DNA from: a virus
Taxonomy: Duplodnaviria; Caudoviricetes
IMG/VR virus record: IMGVR_UViG_3300028048_000040
Location: 128,001 to 192,000 of that record
Direction: 5' to 3' (one strand)
DNA: 64,000 bases
Of the stretch, positions 36,363 to 46,879 are shown piece by piece. The notes under the pieces were generated by a model. That model did no database searches. It was not told the DNA's origin and saw only the letters and a program-made list of their open reading frames with translations. Every line of letters starts with the position of its first letter. Positions within the stretch are counted from its first letter, which is position 1. The translations under genes and the position numbers were made by a program.

Positions 36363-39300
36363 ATGTATTACAATGGCCAAGTGGTACAACAACCTCCTGG
36401 ATTTGTCGATCCAAACCAACAGATCATGCTGACACCAGAACAGCAAGATCAAATGAGAATTAAGTGTACTCCTAGTACTTATGTTATCAACAATCCTAGA
36501 GTACAACTTCAAGAACCTGTGTTAGAATATAATTATGGTGATGGGAGAGACTATGTTAGTGCAGTTCCTGATATCTCTAATCCTGCATTTAACCAAGAGA
36601 TAGCAAATGCAGGAGGATTAGAAAATGTTCTTAAGAAATATCCGTATCAGCAACTTAAGATTGATGATAATGGAAAGCTTGCACCAGTTAATCAGAATTT
36701 GGGATATGATCCTACGATTACTAATGCTTATCATGTTATGTATCATTCTAATCTCAATAAGCAAAAGCAACAAGAAGAGAAAAAGAACGCTGTTATGGAA
36801 GATATAGCTCCTGGATCTACTACTCCCAATATCTTTGTTCCTCATTATAATAGACCTGGTGCTATTGCTAAGAAATTAGTTGATATTGATGATGTAGCTA
36901 ATCATAAGGAGGAAGAAATGTATGGTCCAAGTTTGTTTAGCTTAGTTGATATGGGAGATAAACCAGAAGAACTTTATGGATATGAAAAGATAGAACAAGC
37001 ATATCATATGGAACCTGAAAATGTTGTAGCAGATTATAGAGTGCTTCAAGAAAGTAATGTTGTATATAATCCAGCACAACAAGAAACCTATATGATTGAT
37101 AACAATCGTATCCCTGAGTTTATAGATGTATCTAATCCAACTAATGTGGTATTTAAACATCCTAATCCAGACTATAGCAAAGCTCCTCAACAAGTTAATC
37201 AACAACAATTCCAACAAGCAAATCCAGGATATAGTTATTATGGACAACAACCAATGATTCAATATCCTCAGGCTAATCAAGTAGGTACAGGATATAGTTA
37301 TGATAGTGGAATGAATCCTAATATCTTTGGTTGGAATAGAAATGATCAAGTAGCTCCATTTGGATCTACTCCAACAACAAATCCTAATTTAGCAAATCTC
37401 TTACTTAGTGTATTCAATCCTGCTACTGGCAAAGATGAATGGGTTCAATCTGGAGGACAACCATCACAATCTAATATGGTTAATTTCAGTGATATGAACT
37501 CTGCTAAGGGTAAGATTACAAACAACGCTATGTTCAATAACATGAAAAATCCCAATATTCAATATGGAGGTAACAATGTAAACTCATATAATCCATATCA
37601 AGCAAGAAACAATAGTCTATGGTTTAATACTCAAAGTGCATATAACAATAATGGATTCTATAGTCCTGGATATTATGGAGGAGGATCTGCAACTCCAGGA
37701 AAGAATCCAATTCAACAAACTTTTGCTCATTTAACAGATTTCGACTATAAGCATGGTTTAGGTATTAAAGTAGCAGTAAGAAATACTGGAAAGAAGGTAG
37801 AAACTAAGAAAGAAAGAGATCTTAAAGCATATGGTCATACTCCAGAACCAAAGAGAAAACTTACATATCTTGAAAAGCTGACACAAGTACCAACAGTTAG
37901 AGTTTACACTTATAAAAATGAAGAACCTGATGCTGAAAAGAAAGATGAGATATTCTGGGATAAAGATAGCATGCAGAAATATACTGAAGCTATGAAGAAA
38001 GCTATAGAGCTTAAAGCAACTGATGAAGAAAGTAAGATGATGCAAGATCATCCGATGAAATTGTCTGAAGCAGATAAGAAGATGGCTGAACAGATTGCTG
38101 ATCATATGGAGGAATGGGATGAAGTATATGCAACTCTGATAAGAATGTATGCTTCTGATGAAGCAACTGAACATCCTGCATTGAACTGGATGAGTCAAGA
38201 GCATTTCTATGTGTTTATGAGACTTGCTAGAGGTAGAATTAAGTGGCTGCAAAGAATGGATATAAATGACAAGTCTAGAAACTATCATAGAGATTATAGA
38301 TATCTCCAGATTCCATTGTATAAGGTTAATCCCAATGATCCAAATGACAGAAAATATTTGTATCGAGAAGAAGAAGAGGACTATTTTGAATTGAGAGAGG
38401 TTGATAAGAATGGTAATATCTATCATGTAGTAGACCATGGTGAAGATATACCAGATGATGTAAGAAGAGCATTTATGGATGATATGAATACACAGATCAA
38501 ATATCGTGTAGAAGCTATGCGTATCTATGAGAAGTCTATGTGGTTAATCAAAGAAAGAGAAGGGAAGAAATTAAATGATCAGATGGATAGTAACGAGAGT
38601 GCTAAACGTGGTAATTCAGTATGCGGTTACGAAATTGACGGATCTAATTACGGAAAAGATAAGACAGATGAGAACAGCTCGTTCAATGGCATGAATTATA
38701 ATTATATGAGCTATGGTGCTCGTATGTATTATGAGAAACAAGAGCAACAGCGTAGAGAGCATCAGAAGATGGTGGATAATCAAAAGATGGTCTTTAGAAA
38801 AGCTTTTGGGAGTTCTATGACAGAGAAGCAATTTAATGATTTCTGGTATGGTCCTCAGAATAATCCAGATAATCAATTAGATCCTGTATGGAAGAGACAA
38901 CAAGAGCTTGCTGCTGTGACTAGAGCTAATATAGATACTCTGTTTAAAGCTAAACCTTATCCTGAGAATTCTGAAGAGATACTTAATAATTTTGAGATTA
39001 AGAGACTTAGAGAAATGGATAAGGGATGTATGGAAGGAGTAACAGAACTCAAAGACTATTTTGATAACTTTGGTTATTTGGTAAACTTGTGTGAAATGGA
39101 TGATGCTAAACAAAAGCAAAAAGCTGGAGGAGGAATAATCTATAAGTTAAATAAGAAACTCAAAACAACAATGGGTTTTGTCAAAGAAAATATGGAAAAG
39201 ACAGTAGATATCATGAAAGATTCTTTGGGTATAGATAGTAGTATACTTAAGAAGGTTACAGAAGATTGTTTCAATTGTCTCAGTTCAGATGAAGATGGTA

Positions 39301-39428
39301 ACTCCTATATAGATCTGACTAAAGATGATAATTGGAATGCAAATCGTCAGACTTTCATAGAAAAATGCTGTCGTGGTGATCAAGATCCTATAAGAGTTAG
39401 ATATACTCCATTACCCTTTCCAATGTAA
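36363..39428 (+). CDS. Early 1021-aa protein with Q/N/P/Y/G-rich low-complexity N-half
   Basis: Promoter 36288-36302, leader hairpin, GAAAGGGAG SD. Confidence 0.75.
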   Translation: MYYNGQVVQQPPGFVDPNQQIMLTPEQQDQMRIKCTPSTYVINNPRVQLQEPVLEYNYGDGRDYVSAVPDISNPAFNQEIANAGGLENVLKKYPYQQLKIDDNGKLAPVNQNLGYDPTITNAYHVMYHSNLNKQKQQEEKKNAVMEDIAPGSTTPNIFVPHYNRPGAIAKKLVDIDDVANHKEEEMYGPSLFSLVDMGDKPEELYGYEKIEQAYHMEPENVVADYRVLQESNVVYNPAQQETYMIDNNRIPEFIDVSNPTNVVFKHPNPDYSKAPQQVNQQQFQQANPGYSYYGQQPMIQYPQANQVGTGYSYDSGMNPNIFGWNRNDQVAPFGSTPTTNPNLANLLLSVFNPATGKDEWVQSGGQPSQSNMVNFSDMNSAKGKITNNAMFNNMKNPNIQYGGNNVNSYNPYQARNNSLWFNTQSAYNNNGFYSPGYYGGGSATPGKNPIQQTFAHLTDFDYKHGLGIKVAVRNTGKKVETKKERDLKAYGHTPEPKRKLTYLEKLTQVPTVRVYTYKNEEPDAEKKDEIFWDKDSMQKYTEAMKKAIELKATDEESKMMQDHPMKLSEADKKMAEQIADHMEEWDEVYATLIRMYASDEATEHPALNWMSQEHFYVFMRLARGRIKWLQRMDINDKSRNYHRDYRYLQIPLYKVNPNDPNDRKYLYREEEEDYFELREVDKNGNIYHVVDHGEDIPDDVRRAFMDDMNTQIKYRVEAMRIYEKSMWLIKEREGKKLNDQMDSNESAKRGNSVCGYEIDGSNYGKDKTDENSSFNGMNYNYMSYGARMYYEKQEQQRREHQKMVDNQKMVFRKAFGSSMTEKQFNDFWYGPQNNPDNQLDPVWKRQQELAAVTRANIDTLFKAKPYPENSEEILNNFEIKRLREMDKGCMEGVTELKDYFDNFGYLVNLCEMDDAKQKQKAGGGIIYKLNKKLKTTMGFVKENMEKTVDIMKDSLGIDSSILKKVTEDCFNCLSSDEDGNSYIDLTKDDNWNANRQTFIEKCCRGDQDPIRVRYTPLPFPM

Positions 39429-39488
39429 TTCATAGAGAGGAGAAATCCTCTCTATGAATATATACTATATATACGAAGGGGTGAGTAA

Positions 39489-41642
39489 ATGAACAATCAT
39501 GATCAACAATTGGAAAATCTAGATTTTATAATGAGATTTCAATCTGATCAAACAATAGGAAAGTTCTTAAAACCATTCTCTATTCAAGATTGGAATGCGA
39601 TTCAAAGACCTCCTATAGAATGTTATATACCTCAGGTAGGTCTAGATAATCTTAGAGCTCTTGTTAATGATCCTGCTTGGATGAATAAGACTGCTAAGAA
39701 GAAAAAAGAAGCTAGAAAAATACTAAAACAGTTTGGTCTAACTCAAATAGCAGCTGGAACCAATAGAATGTGTTTTGGTTGTGAGTATGACCCTGGAATA
39801 GTATTTAAACTAGGACTTGATAGAGTAGGAAGGAGCGATAATCTTGCTGAATCATATAATCAATATTTCCTAAATGGGTTTGGGGCTAAGATTATACATG
39901 TACTCCCAGATGGAATACTAGGTATGTGTGAAAGAGTTCAGACTATGGATCAAAAGACATATGCTGAGCATTCTGATATCATATATCGCTTAATCACATA
40001 TTGGTCTGTCTGTAAAAATATTCTCATAGAAGATATAGGTTGTAACTTCTTTAAGAATTGGGGAGTTAGATTAGGATTTGGTCCAGTATTATTAGACTAT
40101 CCATATGTGTATAAAGTTAGTCCATTCAAATTAGTATGTCATAGAAAAGACCCTATAACACAACAAGAATGTATGGGGCATATTGATTATGACCCAGGAT
40201 TGAATCAAATTGTATGTGATAGATGTGGTGTTAGATATGGTATATCTGATATTGCAGATATGGGCATAGAGGAATTAGTGAAGAAAGCAATTAGCATGAA
40301 AGGAAAGGTGTTATCCATGGCTTTGGTAAATACGAATGTAAAGGTAAGCATTAAGAGAGGTAATAAGATTGTAAACAGACTTTACAATGAATCTGATAAT
40401 AAGTTAGATAAGAACAATATAGTTGGTGGTAAGATTGTTACTTCTAAGAAGATAGATAATCTTCCTAAAGATTTACAAGATGGAGCTAAGAAACTTTGTA
40501 GTGAATTGACCAGTAAAACAGTTACAGCTGTTCATCAAGCCAAAGAACCTAAACCAATTGATGTTGAAGAATTGAAGAAAAAACACTACCATTTCTATCC
40601 TAGAGCAGTCAAGAATGATATAATCTATTTCCTTAAAAGAATAGAACGAATCCATGGTGTAGATATGGCTCTTGAATTAGCTGATAGATTACAGATAAAG
40701 TATAATGTGATGAACTATGAACAAGACAAGCAGGAAGAAGTACCCAGCAAAGAAGAGAAAACGGAAGATATCAAAGCAGAAGAGCATAGTGAAACCAAGC
40801 AAGAAGAAAAAGTTGAAACCAAAGAAGAGACTGTAGAGGAAGAACCTGTAGTTATTGGAGGAAACAAAGAAGCTACAGTATCTGATGATGGCACTACAGA
40901 TACAGATAAACCTAAAGACGGTTTGTTTGTTGCTAGAGCTTTGACTGCTGCTGAGATTGAAGCTATGAGCATGGCTAATAGTAAAGAAAATGCTATAATG
41001 GGTTTCCCTGGTGAGCCTTTAGTAGATACTATGAAGTTTAAAGAACTCATGCCTCGTATTCAGGAACTTGTGGTAAAGAAGTTTGATAACTTTGCTATGG
41101 CTACTCAAGATATAGATGATATCTGCAACGATCTGTCTATGAAAATCAAAGACTATATCTATGAAGATGTGAAATCTATTATGCAAGGTGATGTAGAAGC
41201 TCTGAAGGTAGATGTAGTAAAAACAGTAGACACTAGAAACAAAGATTGCTATTCTGTTAAAGCAGATAATAGAGGTACTGAGTTGTTTGATATCCTTCTC
41301 TATCCAAAAGCTGATGAAGATGAAGCATCTGATGGTGAATATAAGTATGATGAACTTATTGCAGATGAAGATAAACTGAATGCATTCTTTGGTAAGACTT
41401 TAGAAGATATGGGCATTACTTCTTTAGGAAAGACTATAGATGGTTACGAAGATATCAATGAAGCAAAGAATGATATGATTGGTCTCTTGTTTGCTGCTCT
41501 TATGGATACTAGAGATAAGAATATCAACTATGGATTACAACATAATCCTGCGATGGAAGCAGCAAAGAAGTATGTTGAGGAGAACTACAACTTTACTACT
41601 AAAGAAGTAGAAACTGAATCTACAGTAGCAGATGAATTGTAA
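39489..41642 (+). CDS. Protein-kinase-like domain, Zn ribbon and acidic C-terminal region
   Basis: AAGTNR (Gly loop), VFKL, N..E, EDIG..KNWG, VLLDY; C..C...CDRC. Confidence 0.65.
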   Translation: MNNHDQQLENLDFIMRFQSDQTIGKFLKPFSIQDWNAIQRPPIECYIPQVGLDNLRALVNDPAWMNKTAKKKKEARKILKQFGLTQIAAGTNRMCFGCEYDPGIVFKLGLDRVGRSDNLAESYNQYFLNGFGAKIIHVLPDGILGMCERVQTMDQKTYAEHSDIIYRLITYWSVCKNILIEDIGCNFFKNWGVRLGFGPVLLDYPYVYKVSPFKLVCHRKDPITQQECMGHIDYDPGLNQIVCDRCGVRYGISDIADMGIEELVKKAISMKGKVLSMALVNTNVKVSIKRGNKIVNRLYNESDNKLDKNNIVGGKIVTSKKIDNLPKDLQDGAKKLCSELTSKTVTAVHQAKEPKPIDVEELKKKHYHFYPRAVKNDIIYFLKRIERIHGVDMALELADRLQIKYNVMNYEQDKQEEVPSKEEKTEDIKAEEHSETKQEEKVETKEETVEEEPVVIGGNKEATVSDDGTTDTDKPKDGLFVARALTAAEIEAMSMANSKENAIMGFPGEPLVDTMKFKELMPRIQELVVKKFDNFAMATQDIDDICNDLSMKIKDYIYEDVKSIMQGDVEALKVDVVKTVDTRNKDCYSVKADNRGTELFDILLYPKADEDEASDGEYKYDELIADEDKLNAFFGKTLEDMGITSLGKTIDGYEDINEAKNDMIGLLFAALMDTRDKNINYGLQHNPAMEAAKKYVEENYNFTTKEVETESTVADEL

Positions 41643-41703
41643 GAACTGAAGGACTGCTCCACATTATAGTGGAGCAGTCTAATTAATTAAGAGGTGATAA
41701 CTT

Positions 41704-42480
41704 ATGAATGTACCAACTCAATATCCACCAGTAATGGATGGATTATTATATGCTACCATAGATATGGGAGCAGTAGAAGATGCATTACAAAGAGGATGGA
41801 TAGTTGCTATGGTATCTGAAACTATGCCAGTACAACATCCTAACTGTGGTTCTTTATCTATGCTTTTACCACCATTTCCTGTATTAGAAGCATATTCTAA
41901 TCAACAACCTCAAATGGCTAGAGCTATATATCTAGAATATCTGAATTCTATAGATTTGGATCAAACTATATCTAAAGTTTTAGGTTGTCTTAGAAACTTT
42001 AAGAGAGTTCTATTATATATAGAACCAGATCCTAATAAAGAATTCCATATTTTAGATACTATAGCAGAATTCATGATGAATGTATTTGGTCTTAGAATAG
42101 GTATGTATAATCATCCTGATATGCCTGCTGGTATCTTTGCTAGTCCTATGACTAACTTTAACATAGCAGATTGTCTGTTTAGAAATGGAGCAATATCTAA
42201 AGAAGAATATGCATTTATGATTCCTCCGGAATGTGTACCTTCTAATGCATCTTGTGCTCTTCTATTACAATCTATAAACTTTGGTATGGGTAGTGTAGAA
42301 GATGTGCTAAGAGTAACTTGTCAGTTATTACATGAGATAAGACAAACTGTTACTACAGGTAGACCATCTCCTGTAATGATAATAAATGACAAAGATATTG
42401 CTAAACAGAAAGCACAGATAAACCAGATAGTGCAAAATTCTAAGACTATTTATGGAGATCAAGACAAACCAAATATATAA
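41704..42480 (+). CDS. Hypothetical protein, 258 aa
   Basis: GAGGTG SD; hairpin 41652-41679 upstream. Confidence 0.7.
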   Translation: MNVPTQYPPVMDGLLYATIDMGAVEDALQRGWIVAMVSETMPVQHPNCGSLSMLLPPFPVLEAYSNQQPQMARAIYLEYLNSIDLDQTISKVLGCLRNFKRVLLYIEPDPNKEFHILDTIAEFMMNVFGLRIGMYNHPDMPAGIFASPMTNFNIADCLFRNGAISKEEYAFMIPPECVPSNASCALLLQSINFGMGSVEDVLRVTCQLLHEIRQTVTTGRPSPVMIINDKDIAKQKAQINQIVQNSKTIYGDQDKPNI

Positions 42481-42539
42481 ATAGGCATATATTATAGTAG
42501 TGGTTAGATTAATCTACACATATAAAGGAGAAATGAAAA

Positions 42540-43340
42540 ATGAAAAAATTCGAAGAGTTCAACAATGGCAATGTTACTGAGGTTAAAAGCGCTATTGCTA
42601 ATGGCAAAGCCACAGTGATCATGTATTGCTCATGCGGAATTAAAAACTGTATCAAGAATATCGTTGAGAAAGATGATATTTATTCTCTTTACGATCACCA
42701 GTCTTTGATCATTGTTCGTGAAGAAGATACCATTATAGTTTGTCAGCTTAAAGGATTCTATAAAAAGAATTCTGATAACTATATAGTTATCGTTGAGAAG
42801 GTTGATCCTAGTGATATTTTCGATAGATTAAAAAATGCTGGTATTGAAGATGGCCAAATATATGATTCTGTTAAAGATATCTTTGATAAAGCCCTTGAAC
42901 TGAAAAGAAAGCTTGAAGAATCCAAAGAAAAAGAAGAGGAGAATGAAGGTGCACCTGACGATATCTTTGATATCCTTAATGGTAAAGTAAATAATAAGAA
43001 TATAGGTAATGATGATGACGATATGCCAAATCCTCTGGATTTACTTGGTAAACTGTTGGCTGTTGGCGCTGCTAGTAGTGCGATCAGAAAATCAGTAGAC
43101 CCTGAAAATAGTAAATGGAAGATATTCAAAGAGTTGGAAGAAAAGCTTGGCAGAGTACCTACTTTTGAGGAATTTACCAATGCTGATCCGAACCTTTCCA
43201 GAGAAGAAAAAGAAAAGATGATAAAGACACACAAGGAGAGACAGGAGAGAATCAATCCTGGCGAAGATTCATTCCAGAGAATAATGTCCAAGTTGTTGGG
43301 TTCATTTGAAAAAGATTTGGAAAGAATGAGTAAGCACTAA
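42540..43340 (+). CDS. Early hypothetical protein, 266 aa
   Basis: Promoter 42488-42502, AAGGAG SD. Confidence 0.7.
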   Translation: MKKFEEFNNGNVTEVKSAIANGKATVIMYCSCGIKNCIKNIVEKDDIYSLYDHQSLIIVREEDTIIVCQLKGFYKKNSDNYIVIVEKVDPSDIFDRLKNAGIEDGQIYDSVKDIFDKALELKRKLEESKEKEEENEGAPDDIFDILNGKVNNKNIGNDDDDMPNPLDLLGKLLAVGAASSAIRKSVDPENSKWKIFKELEEKLGRVPTFEEFTNADPNLSREEKEKMIKTHKERQERINPGEDSFQRIMSKLLGSFEKDLERMSKH

Positions 43341-43447
43341 GATAATCGTAAGATTATCATAAATATGGGGTGGTCTTTTGATCACCCCTAATTTTTTATT
43401 AGAAACAGACCTTTGTATTTAGAAAAAGACTTAAGGAGACGATTAAC

Positions 43448-44272
43448 ATGGCAACAGAAGTATTATTTTCCAAACCAGTATGTGAATACAATATACCTTT
43501 GTTTGAAAAGATTAAAACATATGAACTCAAAACAAACGTACATCAAATTACCATTCCTAAAGAGAATATATACGCATTTTACAATGATGAGAAAAATCCT
43601 ATATTGATCATAACCTTCCCTGAGTATAATAACTACAAGATTGGTTATGAAATAGAGATAAATGATGAAACAGAAACTATTATTTTACACTATATAGATA
43701 AAATATATAAGTATGTATTCTGTCCTACAGAAAGAGACTTTGCTAAACTTAAAATATTCTTTGATAAAGTAACTAGTGGTAATAAAGAGTTACATGATCT
43801 TAGAAATAAAAGAGTGTATGCTACTAGTGCTATAAGAGCTTTCTATGTAGATAAGTCTATGTGGATAAATAACAATGGTTTCTATGATATATATTGCGAT
43901 ATATTCATTTCTGGTTCTGATAAGACTTTTGGTCTTTATAAGAAATTCTTAGGAATGAATAATAGACAACTATTCTATCTCGTGGATGAGTTAGATACAG
44001 TTGATAAAATCATGATGAAAAATCAACTTATGAGAGTATATCCTAGCAATAAGCTTGGTATCAATGTTTATAACAAGGAAATTGTCTTGGATGCGTCGGC
44101 AGTATTCTTATATGAAGAAAATCAATTCAGAAAAGATAACACAGCATTTGATAAAATGAAAGAAGAATATTTAGATGAAGTGCACAATTCAGTAGAGGTT
44201 GATCAGATGATTATGGATTTTGATAATACTGAAAAGACCAATAAAGATGCTAAAGGTGATTGCCCATTCTAA
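43448..44272 (+). CDS. Hypothetical protein, 274 aa
   Basis: AAGGAG SD; acidic tail ending DCPF (SSB-tail-like, weak). Confidence 0.7.
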   Translation: MATEVLFSKPVCEYNIPLFEKIKTYELKTNVHQITIPKENIYAFYNDEKNPILIITFPEYNNYKIGYEIEINDETETIILHYIDKIYKYVFCPTERDFAKLKIFFDKVTSGNKELHDLRNKRVYATSAIRAFYVDKSMWINNNGFYDIYCDIFISGSDKTFGLYKKFLGMNNRQLFYLVDELDTVDKIMMKNQLMRVYPSNKLGINVYNKEIVLDASAVFLYEENQFRKDNTAFDKMKEEYLDEVHNSVEVDQMIMDFDNTEKTNKDAKGDCPF

Positions 44273-44284
44273 GGAGGAATCTCT

Positions 44285-44602
44285 ATGACTATTGAAGAAG
44301 CTCTGAATATCTTGTGTAAAAAATCATATCTTATAGATAAATCAAATAATGATAATATAGTTCCATTAGATCAATTATATGGAGTAGATTGTACAGCTGA
44401 TAATACTTATATTATATTTGATTGTGATATAAAAGACGGTGTACCAGATATATATAGACTGCTTCCACCTATAGAAACAGAGACTATGGGTGTAAATGTA
44501 GAAAAAGTGAATGATACTTGTGAGTATGAATCAGTATATAATCATGTACAATCGCTATGTTATGTAGATGAAGATAGATTTGGGTATAAAAAAATATACT
44601 GA
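44285..44602 (+). CDS. Hypothetical protein, 105 aa
   Basis: AAGGAGG SD. Confidence 0.7.
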   Translation: MTIEEALNILCKKSYLIDKSNNDNIVPLDQLYGVDCTADNTYIIFDCDIKDGVPDIYRLLPPIETETMGVNVEKVNDTCEYESVYNHVQSLCYVDEDRFGYKKIY

Positions 44603-44633
44603 GTAAACTAAAAAATGGTTATATACTATATCA

Positions 44634-44830
44634 GTGTAGAAACAGGTATTGATTAGTTTATATCGAGTTGTTAAGATGCTTATGTTTATTCTAAACTATT
44701 TCGGTATTTGAGAATACGCCCTAATCAGTACCTGAATCTACTATTAACGACTGTTGTCGTTAGCTGAGGAATATTATTACAGAGAAATAACTATAGGACG
44801 AGTCCCTCTAGGCTCGTCCTATAAGTTATT
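44634..44830 (+). ncRNA. Candidate structured leader / riboswitch-like RNA
   Basis: Early promoter 44603-44636; 19-bp interrupted stem 44636-44656/44721-44741; UUCG hairpin; pseudoknot-or-hairpin alternative; long hairpin 44786-44830. Confidence 0.65.
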
Positions 44831-44864
44831 CAAACATTCAGAATTTTTTAAAAAAGGTGATATA

Positions 44865-45395
44865 ATGAAATTAACTTTTATTGATGTAACTGGCAAACCT
44901 GAACTTGTAGAATGGGTTCAGAATAAGGAAACTGGTGGTAAAGCTGCTATATTCCGTATGTATGCTTTGGAGATGTTGGGTACTCCATTAAAAGCATTAA
45001 TGCCATTAGCAGATACAATGTTGTATCTGAACCCAACGATAGAAGGAGATGAAAACTCCAGGATATTTGATGAAAAGTATGCAAATCAATTATCCAATTT
45101 CCCAGCAACTAAGTTTGATCTGGCAATATTACTAGAACAACTTCAGTTGAAGGACGAGGTATATGTAGTATGCAATTATACTCATCCCACTGTAGGTCCT
45201 ATTGTAGACAGTCTCTCTAAATATATCCAGCAGAAGTATACTTTCCAAGGTATATATCTGGTAAATGATCTTGAGGATATTGATGAATTTGCTGCATCTG
45301 AATTTGATACAGATGAAGGATATGAAGCATTTGTCAAAGATATTGAATGGATGACTAGTCAGAGAGATACGGTGGAAGATGTTCTCAAGAAGTGA
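44865..45395 (+). CDS. Hypothetical protein
   Basis: ORF track 44754..45395; AAGGTGA SD favours ATG 44865. Confidence 0.7.
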   Translation: MKLTFIDVTGKPELVEWVQNKETGGKAAIFRMYALEMLGTPLKALMPLADTMLYLNPTIEGDENSRIFDEKYANQLSNFPATKFDLAILLEQLQLKDEVYVVCNYTHPTVGPIVDSLSKYIQQKYTFQGIYLVNDLEDIDEFAASEFDTDEGYEAFVKDIEWMTSQRDTVEDVLKK

Positions 45396-45400
45396 TATGA

Positions 45401-46177
45401 ATGCTTTATGAGAGAACATTATATGCAGCTCCATATCAATATCTAATCAATAGGAATATACAAGAGTATGATATATCCAAGGCAAATATATCTATTCTGT
45501 TGGATATAGGGTATATTACTCAAAAGGAGTATGATTATCTGCATCAGCTTCCTAAACAACAGCGAGAAGTCAAAGTTGGTTGGAAAATGAGAAGTGATCA
45601 GAATATGATCAAAGCATTAAATTATGGTTTCATTGAAGCAAGGAAAAAATTCTTTGAGCTAAATGAAATCAATGATATGAATGTTTTGTATATTGATAAA
45701 GACTCTATTACATTGATAGATACTAATATCAGGACTACAAAAGTATCTGATCATGTAGAGTTTATTCCTAAGAGTAGATATACTAGCCTATATCAATTAG
45801 GTCAAATACATTTCCTATATCTCAATGATAATGCATATAGATTTAAGTATGCGAATCAAGAGATGCTAGAATCTTACCATTCTGGATTCTTTATAGACTT
45901 TCTATTGTTCATAGCAGAAGAAGCTCAAACTAATTCTGCTAATGAATGTATTGGTTATATAAGAAACTTCTATAACCAATATGTATCTAGAACTTTAGAT
46001 ATAAGATACTATAGAGAATTCAATCAGATGTGTAAGTATAAGATTCTAAATAGTGGTTATTATTTAGCTATTGATGATCCTAGTGCTAGAGAGATAGTGG
46101 ATATATCCTATAACGCTAGAATCATTCAGGATATATACAAATCATTAGCTAATGAGTATTTCAAGAGTGTAAAGTAG
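45401..46177 (+). CDS. Small family-B DNA-polymerase-palm-like protein
   Basis: EYDISKANISIL (motif A-like) and LYIDKDSI (motif C YxDTDS-like). Confidence 0.55.
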   Translation: MLYERTLYAAPYQYLINRNIQEYDISKANISILLDIGYITQKEYDYLHQLPKQQREVKVGWKMRSDQNMIKALNYGFIEARKKFFELNEINDMNVLYIDKDSITLIDTNIRTTKVSDHVEFIPKSRYTSLYQLGQIHFLYLNDNAYRFKYANQEMLESYHSGFFIDFLLFIAEEAQTNSANECIGYIRNFYNQYVSRTLDIRYYREFNQMCKYKILNSGYYLAIDDPSAREIVDISYNARIIQDIYKSLANEYFKSVK

Positions 46178-46189
46178 GAGGAATTCAAT

Positions 46190-46279
46190 ATGTTTAGTTG
46201 GTTATTTAGTTGTGTTTGTGCAGCAATAGTTGTTACCACGTATTTCTATTTCCGTAAAGATTCTGTATTCAATTCTTAA
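46190..46279 (+). CDS. 29-aa hydrophobic peptide MFSWLFSCVCAAIVVTTYFYFRKDSVFNS
   Basis: Translated by hand; AGGAGGAATTCAA RBS. Confidence 0.7.
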   Translation: MFSWLFSCVCAAIVVTTYFYFRKDSVFNS

Positions 46280-46291
46280 GGAGGAATTCAA

Positions 46292-46447
46292 ATGTTCAAA
46301 GCTATTTTAGGTTTCTTTGCAAAAACAGTCATTCAAGCAGTCGTTACTGCAGCAATTACTATTGCAAGTTTATTGGTAGTTGCTCAGCAGGTAGCAAACA
46401 GAATTCAAGAAAAATATTATTATACCGATTACGAACCAGTTTACTAA
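46292..46447 (+). CDS. 51-aa membrane peptide MFKAILGFFAKTVIQAVVTAAITIASLLVVAQQ...
   Basis: Translated by hand; same AGGAGGAATTCAA RBS. Confidence 0.72.
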   Translation: MFKAILGFFAKTVIQAVVTAAITIASLLVVAQQVANRIQEKYYYTDYEPVY

Positions 46448-46558
46448 GCACTATATTTGTTTGAACTTATCTTAATATCAATCCATTTGGTATGTATGGG
46501 GAGATATAAAGATATTTTCATATATATTATACTGTATACAAAAAGGGGATGGTTGGAT

Positions 46559-46879
46559 TTGATATCCAAAACTAAAGCGCTTGCTCTATATGAGCAAGTT
46601 GCTAAAGATGAAGCAAATGTAAAGGAGGTGCTGACAATAATAAAATTCCATCCTAGATGTGTCTTATCTATGGAAACATTAGATATGATATGGGATGGAA
46701 TGCTAAAAGCCGCTAATGAATTCTACAGAGCGGTTTTAAATAACCCAAGGGGTGATGATATGGTACCAAAAGCATCACTCGTGCGTTATTATAAGAAGTT
46801 GTTCTTTAATAACGTCGTATACCGAGATATTTACTGTGGAAGCAGTTACATACCAGATCTCTCGGTATACACAATTTAA
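46559..46879 (+). CDS. Hypothetical protein (start uncertain; TTG 46559 proposed)
   Basis: ORF track 46457..46879; TATATTAT at 46523-46530 lies inside the annotated N-terminus. Confidence 0.55.
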   Translation: MISKTKALALYEQVAKDEANVKEVLTIIKFHPRCVLSMETLDMIWDGMLKAANEFYRAVLNNPRGDDMVPKASLVRYYKKLFFNNVVYRDIYCGSSYIPDLSVYTI

